Of a stretch of 32,000 nt of DNA, positions 9,901 to 19,380 are shown in pieces. The notes under the pieces are model-generated. The model saw only the letters and a program-made list of their open reading frames with translations. It was not told the origin of the DNA and searched no databases. Position 1 is the stretch's first letter. Each line of letters opens with the position of its first letter. The stretch spans positions 2,520,001 through 2,552,000 of the forward strand of contig NZ_LN831039.1 in assembly GCF_001457595.1 (NCBI RefSeq), read 5' to 3'. This DNA comes from Mycolicibacterium smegmatis. GTDB lineage: Bacteria > Actinomycetota > Actinomycetes > Mycobacteriales > Mycobacteriaceae. Position numbers and translations under genes: made by a program.

Positions 9901-10919
9901 GTTCCAACTTGAAGCTGGCCGTCATCGCCGGTGACGGCATCGGGCCCGAGGTGATCGCCGAGGCGGTCACGGTGCTCGACGCGGTGCTGCCCGGTGTCGA
10001 GAAGACCGAATACGACCTCGGCGCCCGGCGCTACCACGCCACCGGAGAACTACTGTCCGACGAGACGATCGAGGAACTGCGGGGCTACGACGCGATCCTG
10101 CTCGGCGCGATCGGTGACCCGTCGGTGCCCAGCGGTGTGCTGGAGCGCGGCATGCTGCTCAAACTGCGGTTCGCGCTCGACCATCACGTGAATCTGCGCC
10201 CTGGCAGGCTGTATCCGGGTGTGACGGGCCCGCTCGTCGGCAATCCGCCCATCGACTTCGTCGTGGTGCGTGAAGGCACCGAGGGCCCGTACACCGGCAA
10301 CGGCGGTGCGCTGCGCGTCGGCACGCCGCACGAGGTGGCGACCGAGGTCAGCGTCAACACGGCATTCGGCGTCGAGCGCGTGGTGCGCGATGCGTTCGCG
10401 CGCGCGCAGGACCGTCGCAAGCACCTGACCTTGGTGCACAAGACCAACGTGCTGGCCTTCGCGGGCAGCCTGTGGTCGCGCACCGTGGATCGGATTGCGC
10501 AGGAGTATCCCGACGTCGAGGTCGCCTATCAGCACATCGATGCCGCGACCATCCACATGGTCACCGATCCGGGCCGCTTCGACGTGATCGTCACCGACAA
10601 CCTGTTCGGCGACATCATCACCGACCTCGCGGCCGCGGTGTGCGGCGGTATCGGCCTGGCCGCGAGCGGCAACATCGATGCCACGCGCACGAATCCGTCG
10701 ATGTTCGAACCCGTGCACGGCAGTGCGCCCGACATCGCGGGGCAGGGGATCGCCGATCCCACGGCCGCGGTGATGAGCGTGGGTCTGCTGCTGTCGCACG
10801 TCGGTCAGACCGAGGCGGCCGCGCGGGTCGACAAGGCGGTCTCCGAGCATCTGGCCACCCGCGGCGACGAGAAGCTGTCCACCAGCGCGGTGGGCGAGCG
10901 GATCCGTTCTCTGCTCTAG
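9897..10919 (+). CDS. leuB: 3-isopropylmalate dehydrogenase
   Basis: 340 aa; [66 protein letters not shown] overlap with serA. Confidence 0.96.
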   Translation: MSSNLKLAVIAGDGIGPEVIAEAVTVLDAVLPGVEKTEYDLGARRYHATGELLSDETIEELRGYDAILLGAIGDPSVPSGVLERGMLLKLRFALDHHVNLRPGRLYPGVTGPLVGNPPIDFVVVREGTEGPYTGNGGALRVGTPHEVATEVSVNTAFGVERVVRDAFARAQDRRKHLTLVHKTNVLAFAGSLWSRTVDRIAQEYPDVEVAYQHIDAATIHMVTDPGRFDVIVTDNLFGDIITDLAAAVCGGIGLAASGNIDATRTNPSMFEPVHGSAPDIAGQGIADPTAAVMSVGLLLSHVGQTEAAARVDKAVSEHLATRGDEKLSTSAVGERIRSLL

Positions 10920-10932
10920 GAGTTTTCGCGTC

Positions 10933-10967
10933 GAGGGCGCACAGGCTTTTCCGGCCTGTGCGCCCTC
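10933..10967. terminator. Hairpin terminator between leuB and convergent MFS gene
   Basis: GAGGGCGCACAGGC / GCCTGTGCGCCCTC, 14-bp perfect stem, 7-nt loop, no long U tract. Confidence 0.7.
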
Positions 10968-10970
10968 AGT

Positions 10971-11018
10971 GCTGTCTCGGCCGCTGTCTCGGCCGCTGTC
11001 TCGGCCGTTGTCTCGGTG
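10971..11018. repeat. 12-bp tandem repeat, 4 copies
   Basis: GCTGTCTCGGCC x3 exact (10971-11006) plus GTTGTCTCGGTG (11007-11018). Confidence 0.95.
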
Positions 11019-11024
11019 TGAATC

Positions 11025-12221
11025 TCAGCTCTCGCGCGCCGGTTCGACCGGGACGAGCGGGATCGCAAGCGCGGGCAGCAGTGCGCACACCGCGAACGCG
11101 ACGGGATATCCGGCCACCCCGATCAACCCGCCGAACACCGGCGAGGACACCGCGGTCGCGAGGTGCTGGCTGGTGTTCTGTGTGCCCAGTGCGCGTCCGC
11201 TCCAGAACGGCCCGGCGATCTCGGCGATCCCGGTGAACGCCAAACCGTTGTCGGACACGGTGATCACCGAGGCCGCCACCATCAGCGCGATGCTGACCGG
11301 TGACGACAACCAGTCGGTGAGCGCGAGCGCGGCCATGGTCACCGCGGCGGCCAGCGCGATGGTCCGGATCGGCCGCAGCCGGTAACCGATGACGTCCGAC
11401 CACTTTCCGGCGGCGATCCGCCCGCCTGCGCCGAGCAACTGCGTGACGGTGACCAGGATGCCCGCGGACGCGGCCGACCAGCCGCGGTCGGTGATGAGCC
11501 ACACCAGGGCGAACGTCCACAGCACACCCTGGGGCACCACCAGCAGCACCGAGACCGCGTGGATGCGCCACAACACCGACGAACCCCGGTAGGGGTTGGC
11601 GAGGTGTTCGGCCGGCGCCTCGGCGCGCGGCGGCCGCGGTGGGTCGAGTACGAACACCGCACTGACCACCGCGGCGATCCCGCACACGACCGCGGGGAAC
11701 AGCAACGCCGCCGAGACCCCGTGACTCTCGGCCAAGCGAGGAATCACCAACGCACCCAACCCGACTCCCAGCGGGGTTGCCGTCTGCCGGATGCCCATGA
11801 CCAGTCCACGCTGTTCGGGTGGAAACCAACCGACCACGAGCCGGCCGCTCGCGGAGTTGCTGCTGGCCGCGGCCATTCCGCCGAGCAGCAGGAAAAGGCC
11901 GACGGCGAACAGTGATTGGACCGATGCGGCGGCCAGCGCCGCGGCCGCGGTGAGCGCCGACCCAAGGCCGAGCACGAGGCGTTCCCCGAAGCGGTCGACG
12001 ACGTAGCCCCACGCGATCAGTGTCGTGACCATGCCGAAGCTGGGCATCGACGACAGCAGCCCGGACCGTGCCAGGTCAAGGCCGCGTTCGGCGTGCAACG
12101 TCGGGATGAGAAACGCCGCGCCGTTGATGAACACGTTGGCGCACATGGTCGACGTCAGCGCGATCACGAGCATCGACCATCGCCGTAGGGTGCCGATCAC
12201 CGGAGCAGCCATGCGTTCCAT
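11025..12221 (-). CDS. Major facilitator superfamily transporter
   Basis: Multiple TM segments; from ATG 12221 MERMAAPVIGTLRRWSMLVIALTSTMCANVFINGAAFLIPTL..., RETATPLGVGLGAL-like QTATPLGVGLGAL. ORF is open to 12260. Confidence 0.88.
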   Translation of the reverse strand: MERMAAPVIGTLRRWSMLVIALTSTMCANVFINGAAFLIPTLHAERGLDLARSGLLSSMPSFGMVTTLIAWGYVVDRFGERLVLGLGSALTAAAALAAASVQSLFAVGLFLLLGGMAAASSNSASGRLVVGWFPPEQRGLVMGIRQTATPLGVGLGALVIPRLAESHGVSAALLFPAVVCGIAAVVSAVFVLDPPRPPRAEAPAEHLANPYRGSSVLWRIHAVSVLLVVPQGVLWTFALVWLITDRGWSAASAGILVTVTQLLGAGGRIAAGKWSDVIGYRLRPIRTIALAAAVTMAALALTDWLSSPVSIALMVAASVITVSDNGLAFTGIAEIAGPFWSGRALGTQNTSQHLATAVSSPVFGGLIGVAGYPVAFAVCALLPALAIPLVPVEPARES

Positions 12222-12255
12222 GCTGTCACGGCTTCTCAAAATGTCGAATCGCAAT

Positions 12256-12268
12256 TCCACGATGTGGA
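12256..12268. promoter_or_regulatory. Small palindrome in the MFS/lipase divergent region (candidate operator)
   Basis: TCCAC-GAT-GTGGA. Confidence 0.3.
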
Positions 12269-12298
12269 CATCGGTCCGCGGCCTTCTAGCCTTAGACG

Positions 12299-13492
12299 GT
12301 GAAAAAGTGGTTGCTGACAGGTGTTTCCCTCATATGTGCCCCGGTGTGCGCACTGGTCCTCGCGCCGACGGCGGCCTGGGCTGCCGAGCCCGAGTGGTCG
12401 AACCTCGATGCGCGCCGGTACGACGCGCCCATACCGCGGGCAGGCACGCTGATCGCGGCGGTGCCGCTCGACCCCGCGTTGTCGGTGGCAGGTGCCGAAC
12501 GCGCCTACCGGATCCTGTACTCGACTGTCGACCAGCACGATTCACCCGCGGTGAGCACGGCGGCCGTGTTCGTCCCGCGCGGACAGGCCCCCGAGGGCGG
12601 ATGGCCCGTGATCGCGTGGGCGCATGGCACCGTCGGACTCGGCGATGACTGTGCACCCTCGGCGCAGCCGCGCAGCGCACGCGACAACGAATACCTCACA
12701 CACTGGCTCGACCAGGGCTACGCCGTCGTGGGCTCGGACTACGCGGGTCTGGGCACCCCGGGCCTGATGAGCTACCTGAACAGCGTGGCCACCGCGCACA
12801 GCGTGGTCGACTCGGTCATCGCGATGCACGAGATGGATCTGCCGCTTTCCCCCGAGTGGGCCATCGTCGGCCAGTCGCAGGGCGGCGGGGCGGCGGTCAA
12901 CAGCGCCCGCTGGGCCACCGAGTTCAGTCGCGGCACCGGGCTCGACTACCGCGGTGTGGTGGCGACCGGAACGCCGTTCAACGTCGAGAGCATCGTCAAA
13001 CAGGCCGGGCCGGACATGGCGCTGCCGCCCAACCTCGGACCGGCCGCCAACAGCTACACGGGATACATCCTGGCCGGGTTCCGCGAGGCCCGGCCCGACA
13101 TCGACGTCGACAGCGTGCTCACACCCGCGGGCCTCGATGCGGTCGCCAAGGCCGAGACCCTGTGCAAGCCCCAGCTCGATGCCGCGCTCGCCGGCATGAC
13201 GCCGACCGACTTCTTCCGCGCGCCGCTGGCGACGCTGCCCGGTGTGGACGCCGCACTCGACGCGTACATGGGCACGCCCACCAGCGGCTACGACCGTCCG
13301 ATCTTCCTCGGGGTGGGCATGCAGGACCGTGACGTTCCTCCCAATCTCACACTGCAGCTCGACGAGGCGCTGCGGGCGAACGGGCAGGACGTCACACTCA
13401 AGGTGTATCCGGACGAAGATCACTCGGGCACGGTGCTGGCATCGGTTCCGGACTCCACACCTTTCCTGCGCGCGGCGTTCGACCGCGGCTGA
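12299..13492 (+). CDS. Secreted lipase / alpha-beta hydrolase
   Basis: 397 aa; signal peptide MKKWLLTGVSLICAPVCALVLAPTAAWAAEPEW, nucleophile elbow GQSQGGGA, VVIAWAHGT-like PVIAWAHGTVGLGDDCAPS. Confidence 0.85.
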   Translation: MKKWLLTGVSLICAPVCALVLAPTAAWAAEPEWSNLDARRYDAPIPRAGTLIAAVPLDPALSVAGAERAYRILYSTVDQHDSPAVSTAAVFVPRGQAPEGGWPVIAWAHGTVGLGDDCAPSAQPRSARDNEYLTHWLDQGYAVVGSDYAGLGTPGLMSYLNSVATAHSVVDSVIAMHEMDLPLSPEWAIVGQSQGGGAAVNSARWATEFSRGTGLDYRGVVATGTPFNVESIVKQAGPDMALPPNLGPAANSYTGYILAGFREARPDIDVDSVLTPAGLDAVAKAETLCKPQLDAALAGMTPTDFFRAPLATLPGVDAALDAYMGTPTSGYDRPIFLGVGMQDRDVPPNLTLQLDEALRANGQDVTLKVYPDEDHSGTVLASVPDSTPFLRAAFDRG

Positions 13493-13542
13493 GGACGGGC
13501 GTCTGCGCCTGACGCCGCGACGTGCGCACTACGCTGACAAAA

Positions 13543-14322
13543 ATGCGCTTAGGTCGAATTGCCAGTCCTGACGGCGTCGCATTCGTGAGCATCGAAGGCG
13601 ACGGACCAGATGCCGTCTGCAAAGAGATCGCCGAGCATCCGTTCGGAAACCCGAACTTCACCGGACGCAGCTGGCCGCTGGCCGACGTCCGCCTGCTCGC
13701 ACCGATTCTCGCCAGCAAGGTGATCGCGGTGGGTAAGAACTACGCCGCGCACGCCGAGGAGATGGGCGGTGTGGCGCCCGAGGATCCGGTGATCTTCCTC
13801 AAACCGAACACCGCGATCATCGGTCCCAACGTGCCGATCCAGCTGCCCGCGGACGCCGACCCGGTGCACCACGAGGGCGAGTTGGCGATCGTCATCGGCA
13901 GGCCGTGCAAGGACGTGCCTGCCGCGCGTGCGGCCGAATTCATCCTCGGCTACACGATCGGCAACGACGTCTCCGCGCGTGATCAGCAGCGCAAGGACGG
14001 GCAGTGGATGCGGGCGAAGGGGCACGACACGTTCTGCCCGCTGGGGCCGTGGATCGTCACCGATCTCGACCCGTCCGATGTGGAGCTGCGCACCGAGGTC
14101 AACGGACAGGTGCGCCAACGCAGCCGAACCTCGCTGCTGCTCCACGACATCGGGCGTCTCGTGGAGTGGACCTCGGCGGTGATGACGCTGTTGCCGGGTG
14201 ACGTCATCCTGACCGGGACCCCGGAGGGCGTCGGCCCCATCGAGGACGGCGACACCGTCAGCATCACCGTCGAGGGCATCGGCACACTCACCAATCCTGT
14301 TGTGCGTAAAGGGAAGAAATGA
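13543..14322 (+). CDS. Fumarylacetoacetate hydrolase family protein
   Basis: [19 protein letters not shown]...[17 protein letters not shown]...[34 protein letters not shown]; in-frame GTG at 13522 also possible. Confidence 0.9.
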   Translation: MRLGRIASPDGVAFVSIEGDGPDAVCKEIAEHPFGNPNFTGRSWPLADVRLLAPILASKVIAVGKNYAAHAEEMGGVAPEDPVIFLKPNTAIIGPNVPIQLPADADPVHHEGELAIVIGRPCKDVPAARAAEFILGYTIGNDVSARDQQRKDGQWMRAKGHDTFCPLGPWIVTDLDPSDVELRTEVNGQVRQRSRTSLLLHDIGRLVEWTSAVMTLLPGDVILTGTPEGVGPIEDGDTVSITVEGIGTLTNPVVRKGKK

Positions 14323-15779
14323 CAACGAAGAAGGTCCGGGTTCGGTTCTGCCCGTCGCCAACCGGCACGCCGCATGTCGGCCTGGTGCGCACGGCCCTGT
14401 TCAACTGGGCCTACGCGCGCCACACCGGAGGCGATTTCGTCTTCCGCATCGAGGACACCGACGCCGCGCGCGACAGCGACGAGAGTTACGCCGCGATCCT
14501 CGACGCCCTGCGCTGGCTCGGCATGGACTGGGACGAGGGACCGGAAGTCGGTGGCCCGTACGAGCCCTACCGGCAGTCGCAGCGGCGCGACATCTACCGG
14601 GACGTGGTGGCGCGCCTGCTGGAGGCCGGCGAGGTGTACGAGGCGTACTCGACCCCCGAGGAGGTCGAGGCGCGTCACCTCGCCGCGGGGCGCAACCCGA
14701 AGCTGGGTTACGACAACTACGACCGCGACCTGACCGACGCGCAGCGCAAGGCGTTCGCCGACGAGGGCCGCAGGCCCGTGCTGCGCCTTCGGATGCCCGA
14801 CGAGGACCTGTCGTGGAACGACCTGGTGCGCGGTCCCACGACGTTCGCGGCCGGTTCGGTGCCCGATTTCGCGATCACCCGCAGCAACGGGGATCCGTTG
14901 TACACGTTGGTGAACCCCGTCGACGACGCGTTGATGAAGATCACCCACGTGCTGCGCGGCGAGGACATCCTGCCGTCCACACCGCGCCAGATCGCGCTCT
15001 ACCGGGCGCTGATGCGCATCGGCGTCGCCGAGTTCGTGCCCGAGTTCGCACATCTGCCAAGTGTTCTGGGTGAGGGCAACAAGAAGCTGTCCAAGCGCGA
15101 CCCGCAGTCCAACCTGTTCCTGCACCGCGACCGCGGGTTCATCCCCGAGGGCCTGTTGAACTACCTGGCACTGCTGGGCTGGGGCATCGCCGACGATCAC
15201 GACGTGTTCTCGCTCGACGAGATGGTGGCCGCGTTCGATGTGGCCGACGTCAACTCAAACCCGGCGCGGTTCGACCAGAAGAAGGCCGACGCGATCAACG
15301 CCGAGCACATCCGCATGCTCGCGCCGGAGGACTTCACCGCGCGGCTGCGTGAGTACTTCGTCACACACGGGTACGACACGACGCTCGACGACGCCGCGTT
15401 CGCCGAGGCGGCCGCGCTGGTACAGACGCGTGTGGTGGTGCTGGGCGACGCGTGGGGCCTGCTGAAGTTCTTCAACGACGACGCCTACGAGATCGACGAG
15501 AAGTCGGCGGCCAAGGAGCTCAAGCCCGAGTCCGCTGCGGTTCTGGACGCCGCGCTGAGCGCCCTGGAGGCGGTCGGGGACTGGACGACCCCGGCGATCG
15601 AGGCCGCGCTCAAGACGGCGCTCCTGGAGGGGCTGGAGCTCAAACCACGCAAGGCGTTCGGCCCGATCCGCGTCGCGGTGACCGGTGCCGCGGTGAGCCC
15701 GCCGCTGTTCGAGTCAATGGAACTGCTCGGCCGGGACCGCAGTCTGGCGCGGTTGCGCGCCGCGAGGGACCGGGTGTGA
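14319..15779 (+). CDS. gltX: Glutamyl-tRNA synthetase
   Basis: 486 aa; [49 protein letters not shown] overlap with preceding gene. Confidence 0.96.
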   Translation: MTTKKVRVRFCPSPTGTPHVGLVRTALFNWAYARHTGGDFVFRIEDTDAARDSDESYAAILDALRWLGMDWDEGPEVGGPYEPYRQSQRRDIYRDVVARLLEAGEVYEAYSTPEEVEARHLAAGRNPKLGYDNYDRDLTDAQRKAFADEGRRPVLRLRMPDEDLSWNDLVRGPTTFAAGSVPDFAITRSNGDPLYTLVNPVDDALMKITHVLRGEDILPSTPRQIALYRALMRIGVAEFVPEFAHLPSVLGEGNKKLSKRDPQSNLFLHRDRGFIPEGLLNYLALLGWGIADDHDVFSLDEMVAAFDVADVNSNPARFDQKKADAINAEHIRMLAPEDFTARLREYFVTHGYDTTLDDAAFAEAAALVQTRVVVLGDAWGLLKFFNDDAYEIDEKSAAKELKPESAAVLDAALSALEAVGDWTTPAIEAALKTALLEGLELKPRKAFGPIRVAVTGAAVSPPLFESMELLGRDRSLARLRAARDRV

Positions 15780-15895
15780 AAACCACCCCGAAATCTTTGG
15801 TAGTCTGCTCGTCGGCCCGGTAAGCAACCGCGGGGGAACATCCCGCCGAGCGAACCGGACCAGGAAGCCCGTGACCAGCGGTGATGGGCCTCCAA

Positions 15896-15967
15896 TGGGG
15901 TATGGTGTAATTGGCAACACAGCTGATTCTGGTTCAGCCATTCTAGGTTCGAGTCCTGGTACCCCAG
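15896..15967 (+). tRNA. tRNA-Gln (anticodon CUG)
   Basis: TGGGGTA...TACCCCA acceptor, anticodon arm GCTGA-TTCTGGT-TCAGC, T-arm GGTTCGAGTCC; CCA encoded at 15968-15970. Confidence 0.95.
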
Positions 15968-16014
15968 CCAAACGGCCGGGTCGGGTCGGATTAGGTCAGA
16001 GAGAATCTCTGAGC

Positions 16015-16020
16015 TATGCT
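16015..16020 (+). promoter_or_regulatory. Candidate -10 for tRNA-Glu
   Basis: TATGCT, 18 nt before the mature tRNA start. Confidence 0.35.
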
Positions 16021-16038
16021 GACCTCCCGAAAGTTCTA

Positions 16039-16111
16039 GCCCCCGTCGTCTAGCGGCCTAGGACGCCGCCCTCTCACGGCGGTAGCGTGGGTTCGAATCC
16101 CATCGGGGGTA
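16039..16111 (+). tRNA. tRNA-Glu (anticodon CUC)
   Basis: GCCCCCG...CGGGGGT acceptor, anticodon arm CCGCC-CTCTCAC-GGCGG, T-arm GGTTCGAATCC; CCA not encoded. Confidence 0.95.
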
Positions 16112-16116
16112 CAACA

Positions 16117-16155
16117 GCGAAAGGCGCTCGGTTCCACGAACTGAGCGCCTTTCGC
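16117..16155 (+). terminator. Terminator after tRNA-Glu
   Basis: GCGAAAGGCGCTCGGTTC-cac-GAACTGAGCGCCTTTCGC, 18-bp stem with one G-U. Confidence 0.8.
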
Positions 16156-16292
16156 GTTTCCGGCCCGCCCGTGCGAGCCACTCGCTCGCCTGTCTCGCGG
16201 TACGCGACGTTCGTCACATCCGCCGGCGCTTCGCTTCGGAGCGGCGTGCTGTGAGAAAGGCGACATCCGGGCCGAGGCTCGAACCGGAGGAC

Positions 16293-16994
16293 TCACAGCC
16301 GGCGCGTGAGCGCCTCGGCCGCCGCCAGCAGATCCGCGGCCCACCGTGCCCCCGGGCGCCGCCCCATGCGGTCGATGGGTCCCGACACCGACACCGCGGC
16401 GATCACCTGGCCCCGGCTGTCGCGCACGGGCGCGCTCACGCTCGCGACGCCGGGTTCGCGCTCGGCGGCGCTCTGTGCCCAGCCGCGTTTGCGAACCTCC
16501 GCCAGGGTGCGTTCGGTGAACTTCGCCGACGGCAGGACGGCCTGCTGCGTCGCGGCATCGGCATATGCCAGCAGAACTTTGGCGCCCGAGCCGGCCGTCA
16601 TGGGCAGCTGGGTGCCCACGGGCACGGTGTCGCGCAGGCCGGCCGGTGGTTCGAGCGCCACCACGCACACCCTGGACAGCCCTTCCCGGCGGTACAGCTG
16701 CACGCTCTCGCCCGTGATCTCGCGCAGGCGGGGAAGTACCGCGGCGCCCGCCGAAAGCAGCGGATCGTTGACGTGAGCGGCCAATTCGGTGAGCGCCGGG
16801 CCCAGGCGCCAGCGCCCGTCGGCATCTCTGGCGAGCAGCCGGTGGGTCTCCAGGCCGGCCGCCAGGCGGTGCGCGGTGGCCCGGGGCAGGCCGGTCCGCT
16901 CGCACAGTTCGGCCAAACCGCAGGGGGACTCGGCGACGGTGTGCAGTACACCCACCGCTTTGTCGAGCACGCCGATGCCGCTATCATTTCTCAC
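16293..16994 (-). CDS. IclR family transcriptional regulator (divergent from leuCD; NdgR/LtbR-like)
   Basis: 233 aa; N-terminal HTH SGIGVLDKAVGVLHTVAESPCGLAELCERTGLPRATAHRLAAGLETHRLL. Confidence 0.9.
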   Translation of the reverse strand: MRNDSGIGVLDKAVGVLHTVAESPCGLAELCERTGLPRATAHRLAAGLETHRLLARDADGRWRLGPALTELAAHVNDPLLSAGAAVLPRLREITGESVQLYRREGLSRVCVVALEPPAGLRDTVPVGTQLPMTAGSGAKVLLAYADAATQQAVLPSAKFTERTLAEVRKRGWAQSAAEREPGVASVSAPVRDSRGQVIAAVSVSGPIDRMGRRPGARWAADLLAAAEALTRRL

Positions 16995-17000
16995 AGAGAG

Positions 17001-17017
17001 ATACTAGCGTCTCGTAT
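17001..17017. promoter_or_regulatory. Candidate operator for the IclR regulator
   Basis: Imperfect palindrome ATAC-t-AG-cgt-CT-c-GTAT, 7 nt from the IclR start codon, in the divergent region with leuC. Confidence 0.45.
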
Positions 17018-17105
17018 TTTGAGATAGCCAGTGAAACTCCCAGCCCCCCAGCGGACTCTTGAAGAACAGCCCCGCTTGTATTTGAGCCGAATGCGAGAAC
17101 CAGCG

Positions 17106-18560
17106 ATGGATCAACCGACGCAGACATCCGTGAAACCGCGCACCCTGGCCGAAAAGGTCTGGGACGACCACGTCGTGGCGCGTGGCGAGGGAGAGGGCAC
17201 CGCCAAAGAGCCCGATCTGATCTACATCGACCTCCATCTCGTCCACGAGGTCACCAGCCCGCAGGCCTTCGACGGGCTGCGGCTGGCCGGGCGTCCCGTG
17301 CGGCGGCCCGATCTGACGATCGCCACCGAGGACCACAACGTGCCGACCATCGACATCGACAAGCCGATCGCCGACCCGGTTTCGCGCACCCAGGTCGAGA
17401 CATTGCGGCGCAACTGCGAGGAATTCGGCATCCGCCTGCATCCCATGGGCGACGCCGAACAGGGCATCGTTCACATCATCGGCCCGCAGCTGGGCCTCAC
17501 CCAGCCCGGGATGACCGTGGTGTGCGGTGACTCGCACACGTCGACCCACGGCGCCTTCGGTGCCATCGCGATGGGCATCGGCACCTCCGAGGTCGAGCAC
17601 GTGATGGCCACGCAGACGCTGTCGCTCAAGCCCTTCAAGACCATGGCGGTCAACGTCGACGGCGAACTGCCGCCCGGCGTGAGCGCCAAGGACATCATCC
17701 TGGCGGTGATCGCCAAGATCGGCACCGGCGGTGGGCAGGGACACGTCATCGAGTACCGCGGCAGCGCCATCCGCTCGCTGTCCATGGAGGGCCGGATGAC
17801 GATCTGCAACATGAGCATCGAGGCCGGCGCCCGCGCGGGCATGGTCGCGCCCGACGAGACCACGTTCGAGTTCCTCAAGGGTCGTCCGCACGCGCCCAAG
17901 GGCGCCGACTGGGACGCCGCCGTCGCCGCGTGGAGCCGGTTGCGCACCGACGAGGGCGCCGAATTCGACACCGAGGTCTACATCGACGCCTCCACGCTGA
18001 GCCCGTTCGTGACCTGGGGCACCAACCCCGGCCAGGGCGTTCCGCTGTCGGAGGCCGTGCCCGACCCCGAGCTGATCGTCGACGAGGGCGCCCGTCAGGC
18101 CGCGGAAAAGGCTTTGGCCTACATGGACCTTCGCCCGGGTACCCCGATGCGCGACATCGCCGTGGACACGGTGTTCGTGGGCTCGTGCACCAACGGCCGG
18201 ATCGAGGATCTGCGCGTGGTGGCCGACGTGCTGCGCGGCCGGAAGGTTGCCGACGGCGTGCGGATGCTCATCGTCCCGGGTTCGATGCGGGTGCGCGCAC
18301 AGGCCGAATCGGAAGGCCTCGACCAGATATTCACCGCAGCCGGGGCCCAATGGCGCCAGGCCGGGTGCTCGATGTGCCTCGGGATGAACCCCGATCAGCT
18401 CTCCCCGGGGGAGCGCTGCGCGTCGACGTCCAACCGCAACTTCGAGGGTCGCCAGGGCAAGGGCGGCCGCACCCACCTGGTGTCGCCTGCTGTCGCCGCA
18501 GCCACCGCCGTGCGCGGAAAGCTCGCGTCCCCTGCAGATCTACCCGCCGCGGCCCGCTAG
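17106..18560 (+). CDS. leuC: 3-isopropylmalate dehydratase large subunit
   Basis: 484 aa from ATG 17106: [24 protein letters not shown]..., [42 protein letters not shown]. The 17031 start is probably over-extended. Confidence 0.95.
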   Translation: MDQPTQTSVKPRTLAEKVWDDHVVARGEGEGTAKEPDLIYIDLHLVHEVTSPQAFDGLRLAGRPVRRPDLTIATEDHNVPTIDIDKPIADPVSRTQVETLRRNCEEFGIRLHPMGDAEQGIVHIIGPQLGLTQPGMTVVCGDSHTSTHGAFGAIAMGIGTSEVEHVMATQTLSLKPFKTMAVNVDGELPPGVSAKDIILAVIAKIGTGGGQGHVIEYRGSAIRSLSMEGRMTICNMSIEAGARAGMVAPDETTFEFLKGRPHAPKGADWDAAVAAWSRLRTDEGAEFDTEVYIDASTLSPFVTWGTNPGQGVPLSEAVPDPELIVDEGARQAAEKALAYMDLRPGTPMRDIAVDTVFVGSCTNGRIEDLRVVADVLRGRKVADGVRMLIVPGSMRVRAQAESEGLDQIFTAAGAQWRQAGCSMCLGMNPDQLSPGERCASTSNRNFEGRQGKGGRTHLVSPAVAAATAVRGKLASPADLPAAAR

Positions 18561-18583
18561 AAAACCCACGAAGGAGAAGCGTG

Positions 18584-19177
18584 ATGGAGGCTTTCACCAC
18601 CCACACCGGCATCGGTGTCCCGCTGCGGCGGTCCAACGTCGACACCGACCAGATCATCCCGGCGGTCTACCTGAAGCGGGTGACCCGAACGGGTTTCGAG
18701 GACGGTTTGTTCGCCGCCTGGCGCAACGATCCGTCGTTCATCCTCAATCTGTCGCCCTTCGACAAGGGTTCCGTCCTTGTCGCCGGACCGGATTTCGGCA
18801 CCGGATCGTCGCGCGAACATGCCGTCTGGGCCCTCATGGACTACGGCTTCCGGGTCGTGATCTCGTCCCGATTCGCCGACATCTTCCGGGGGAACGCGGG
18901 TAAAGCGGGGCTTCTGGCGGCCGAAGTGGCCCAAGATGATGTCGAACTTCTTTGGAAGGTGATCGAGCAGAATCCCGGGCTGGAAATCACTGTGAATCTT
19001 CAAGATCGAACGGTGACCGCCGGAACGGTCGTGGTGCCGTTCAGGATTGATGACTACACCCGGTGGCGGCTGCTCGAAGGACTGGACGATATAGGCCTTA
19101 CGCTGCGGAAACTCGATCAGATCGAGGCCTACGAGGCGGCTCGTCCGGCCTGGAAACCGCGCACTCTCCCGGCCTGA
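18584..19177 (+). CDS. leuD: 3-isopropylmalate dehydratase small subunit
   Basis: 197 aa: [33 protein letters not shown]...[14 protein letters not shown]; SD AAGGAGAAG upstream. Confidence 0.95.
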   Translation: MEAFTTHTGIGVPLRRSNVDTDQIIPAVYLKRVTRTGFEDGLFAAWRNDPSFILNLSPFDKGSVLVAGPDFGTGSSREHAVWALMDYGFRVVISSRFADIFRGNAGKAGLLAAEVAQDDVELLWKVIEQNPGLEITVNLQDRTVTAGTVVVPFRIDDYTRWRLLEGLDDIGLTLRKLDQIEAYEAARPAWKPRTLPA

Positions 19178-19307
19178 TCCGGGCCTTCGGCGACCCGAAT
19201 TCGCCGCCCACCTAGTCGGTTCTGGAGCCCCCTGACAGGAGGTCAAGTGGGGCAACCAGATTGCCGAAAAGTTCGCTAGCTTCGCCTGAAACTGCGCGTG
19301 GCTCTTG

Positions 19308-19374
19308 GAAATCAGTGGTCACAGGGTTTACCGTGTCCACTAGTCGGTCCAAAGAGGACCACTGGTTTCGGAGG
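19308..19374 (+). promoter_or_regulatory. Structured 5' region of hupB with alternative hairpins
   Basis: GAAATCAGTGGTC (19308-19320) / GACCACTGGTTTC (19357-19369), 13 bp with one G-U, abutting SD GGAGG (19370-19374); exclusive with local hairpins 19315-19340 and 19346-19360. Confidence 0.5.
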
Positions 19375-19380
19375 TTTTGG

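Noticed and set aside
10971-11018. Considered whether the 12-bp array could be a CRISPR or iteron-type origin
   Set aside because: Units are contiguous without spacers, only four copies, and no replication or cas genes are nearby.
13983-15200. 405 aa reverse ORF opposite gltX
   Set aside because: Shadow frame; overlaps the end of the FAA hydrolase and gltX.
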